DNA of 36,919 nt from Malacoraja senta (Eukaryota): NCBI GenBank assembly GCA_038087875.1, contig JAXLNO010000184.1:1-36919 (forward strand). The letters are read 5' to 3'. Position numbers and translations under genes: made by a program. The notes below the pieces were generated by a model. The model ran no database searches. It saw only the letters and a list, made by a program, of their open reading frames with translations, and had not been told where the DNA came from. Shown piece by piece: positions 34,201 to 36,919 of this stretch (within the stretch, counting starts at the first letter, position 1; each line of letters starts with the position of its first letter).

Positions 34201-36919
34201 CTCACCCCCACTACACCTCACCCCCACTACACCCCACCCCCACTACACCTCACCCCACTACACCTCACCCCCACTACACCCCACCCCCGCTACACCTCAC
34301 CCCCACCCCCACTACACCTCACCCCCACCCCATTACACCTCACCCCCATTACACCTCACCCCCACTACACCTCACCCCCACTACACCTCACCCCCACTAC
34401 ACCTCACCCCCACTACACCTCACCCCCACTACACCTCACCCCGCTACACCTCACCCCCACCCCCACTACACCTCACCCCCACTACACCTCACCCCCCACT
34501 ACACCTCACCCCCACTACACCTCACCCTCACTACACCTCACCCCCACTACACCTCACCCCCACTACACCTCACCCCCACCCCCACTACACCTCACCCCCA
34601 CCCCCACTACACCTCACCCCCACCCCCACTACACCTCACCCCCACTACACCTCACCCCCACTACACCTCACCCGCACTACACCTCACCCCCACTACACCT
34701 CACCCCCACTACACCTCACCCCCACTACACCTCACCCCCACCCCACTACACCTCACCCCCACCCCACTACACCTCACCCCCACCCCACTACACCTCACCC
34801 CCACCCCACTACACCTCACCCCCACCCCACTACACCTCACCCCCACTACACCTCACCCCCACCCCACTACACCTCACCCCCACCCCACTACACCTCACCC
34901 CCACCCCACTACACCTCACCCCCCACTACACCTCACCCCCACTACACCTCACCCCCACTACACCTCACCCGCACCCCCACTACACCTCACCCCCACCCCC
35001 ACTACACCTCACCCCCACCCCACTACACCTCACCCCCACCCCCACTACACCTCACCCCCACCCCCACTACACCTCACCCCCACCCCACTACACCTCACCC
35101 CCACACCACTACACCTCACCCCCACCCCCACTACACCTCACCCCCACCCCCACTACACCTCACCCCCACCCCCACACCTCACCCCCACTACACCTCACCC
35201 CCACTACACCTCACCCCCCACACCCACTACACCTCACCCCCACTACACCTCACCCCCACTACACCTCACCCCACCCCACTACACCTCACCCCCACCCCCA
35301 CTACACCTCACCCCCACCCCACTACACCTCACCCCCACCCCCACTACACCTCACCCCCACCCCCACTACACCTCACCCCCACCCCACTACACCTCACCCC
35401 CACCCCCACTACACCTCACCCCCACCCCCACTACACCTCACCCCCACCCCACTACACCTCACACCCACTACACCTCACCCCACCCCACTACACCTCACCC
35501 CCACCCACTACACTCACCCCCACTACACCTCACCCCCACCCCCACTACACCTCACCCCCACTACACCTCACCCCACCCCACTACACCTCACCCCCACTAC
35601 ACCTCACCCCCACCCCCACTACACCTCACCCCCACCCCACACCTCACCCCCACCCCACTACACCTCACCCCCACTACACCTCACCCCCACCCCACTACAC
35701 CTCACCCCCACCCCACTACACCTCACCCCCACTACACCTCACCCCCACCCCCACTACACCTCACCCCCACCCCCACTAAACCTCACCCCCACTACACCTC
35801 ACCCCACTACACCTCACCCCCACCCCACTACACCTCACCCCCCCACTACACCTCACCCCCCATCCTACACCTCACCCCACTACACCTCACCCCACCCCAC
35901 TACACCTCACCCCCACCCCCACTACACCTCACCCCCACTACACCTCACCCCACTTCACCTCACCCTCACCCCACTACACCTCACCCCCACCCCCACTACA
36001 CCTCACCCTCACCCCACTACACCTCACCCTCACCCCCACTACACCTCACCCTCACCCCCACTACACCTCACCCTCACCCCACTACACCTCACCCTCACCC
36101 CCACTACACCTCACCCTCACCCCCACTACACCTCACCCCCACCCCCACTACACCTCACCCTCACCCCCACTACACCTCACCCTCACCCCCACTACACCTC
36201 ACCCCCACTACACCTCACCCTCACTACACCTCACCCCCACTACACCTCACCCCCACTACACCTCACCCCCACCCCCACTACACCTCACCCCCACTACACC
36301 TCACCCCACCCCCACTACACCTCACCCCCACTACACCTCACTCCCACCCCCACTACACCCCACCCCCACTACACCCTCACCCCCACTACACCTCACCCCC
36401 ACTACACCTCACCCCCACTACACCTCACCCCCACTACACCTCACCTCCACTACACCTCACCCCCACTACACCTCACCCCCACCCCCACTACACCCCACCC
36501 CCACTACACCCTCACCCCCACTACACCTCACCCCCACCCCCACTACACCTCACCCCCACTACACCTCACCCCCACTACACCTCACCCCCAATACACCTCA
36601 CCCCACCCCCACTACACCTCACCCCCACTACACCTCACCCCCACTACACCTCACCCCACCCCACTACACCTCACCCCCACCCCCACTACACCTCACCCCC
36701 ACTACACCTCACCCCCACCCCCACTACACACCCACCCCCACTAACCCCACCCCCACTACACCCTCACCCCCACTACACCTCACCCCCACCCCCACTACAC
36801 CCCACCCCCACCCCCACTACACCCCACCCCCACTACACCCTCACCCCCACTACACCTCACCCCCACCCCCACTACACCTCACCCCCACTACACCTCACCC
36901 CCGCTACACCTCACCCCCG
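25291..36919. repeat. C-rich minisatellite/satellite array, core CACCCCC(A/G)CTACACCT (16 bp) with 21/22-bp variants
   Basis: Seen directly over >11.6 kb, running off the window end. Plus-strand G is almost limited to the CCCGCTAC variant. Confidence 0.98.

Noticed and set aside
25291..36919. Telomeric repeat or CRISPR-like array
   Set aside because: There are no CCCTAA/TTAGGG arrays, no unique spacers and no cas genes, and the context is eukaryotic.

Overview
Eukaryotic, repeat-saturated vertebrate DNA, most likely from a cartilaginous fish (skate, ray or shark), inferred from HE1-like V-SINEs and chondrichthyan-type CR1, Rex1/Babar and Penelope families. (1) 1-12.6 kb is a mosaic of nested CR1, Rex1/Babar, V-SINE and Penelope fragments, with a hAT-type MITE, a local duplication and an 810-bp (GT)n tract. 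(2) 12.67-17.10 kb is a near full-length CR1 LINE (SGNH-esterase ORF1, frameshifted APE-RT ORF2). (3) 17.12-23.65 kb on the minus strand holds four spliceable exons of the C-terminal catalytic half of a PDE9A-like cGMP phosphodiesterase. The ORF track largely misses them, and they carry a premature stop, a mutated splice acceptor and a one-codon deletion. (4) One PDE9-like intron contains a Gypsy (Mag-like) LTR retrotransposon (17598-23234), whose gag is split by a near-intact Passport-like Tc1 transposon (21360-22975). (5) 24.73-24.90 kb is a perfect 71-bp inverted repeat around a Penelope minimal hammerhead ribozyme core. (6) From ~25.3 kb to the end lies a >11.6-kb C-rich 16/21/22-bp satellite. 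I found no clearly new biological system. The best leads are the divergent PDE9-like pseudogene, the three-level nested insertion, the possibly horizontally acquired Tc1 and the satellite. All family assignments are from recognition of motifs, not from database searches.
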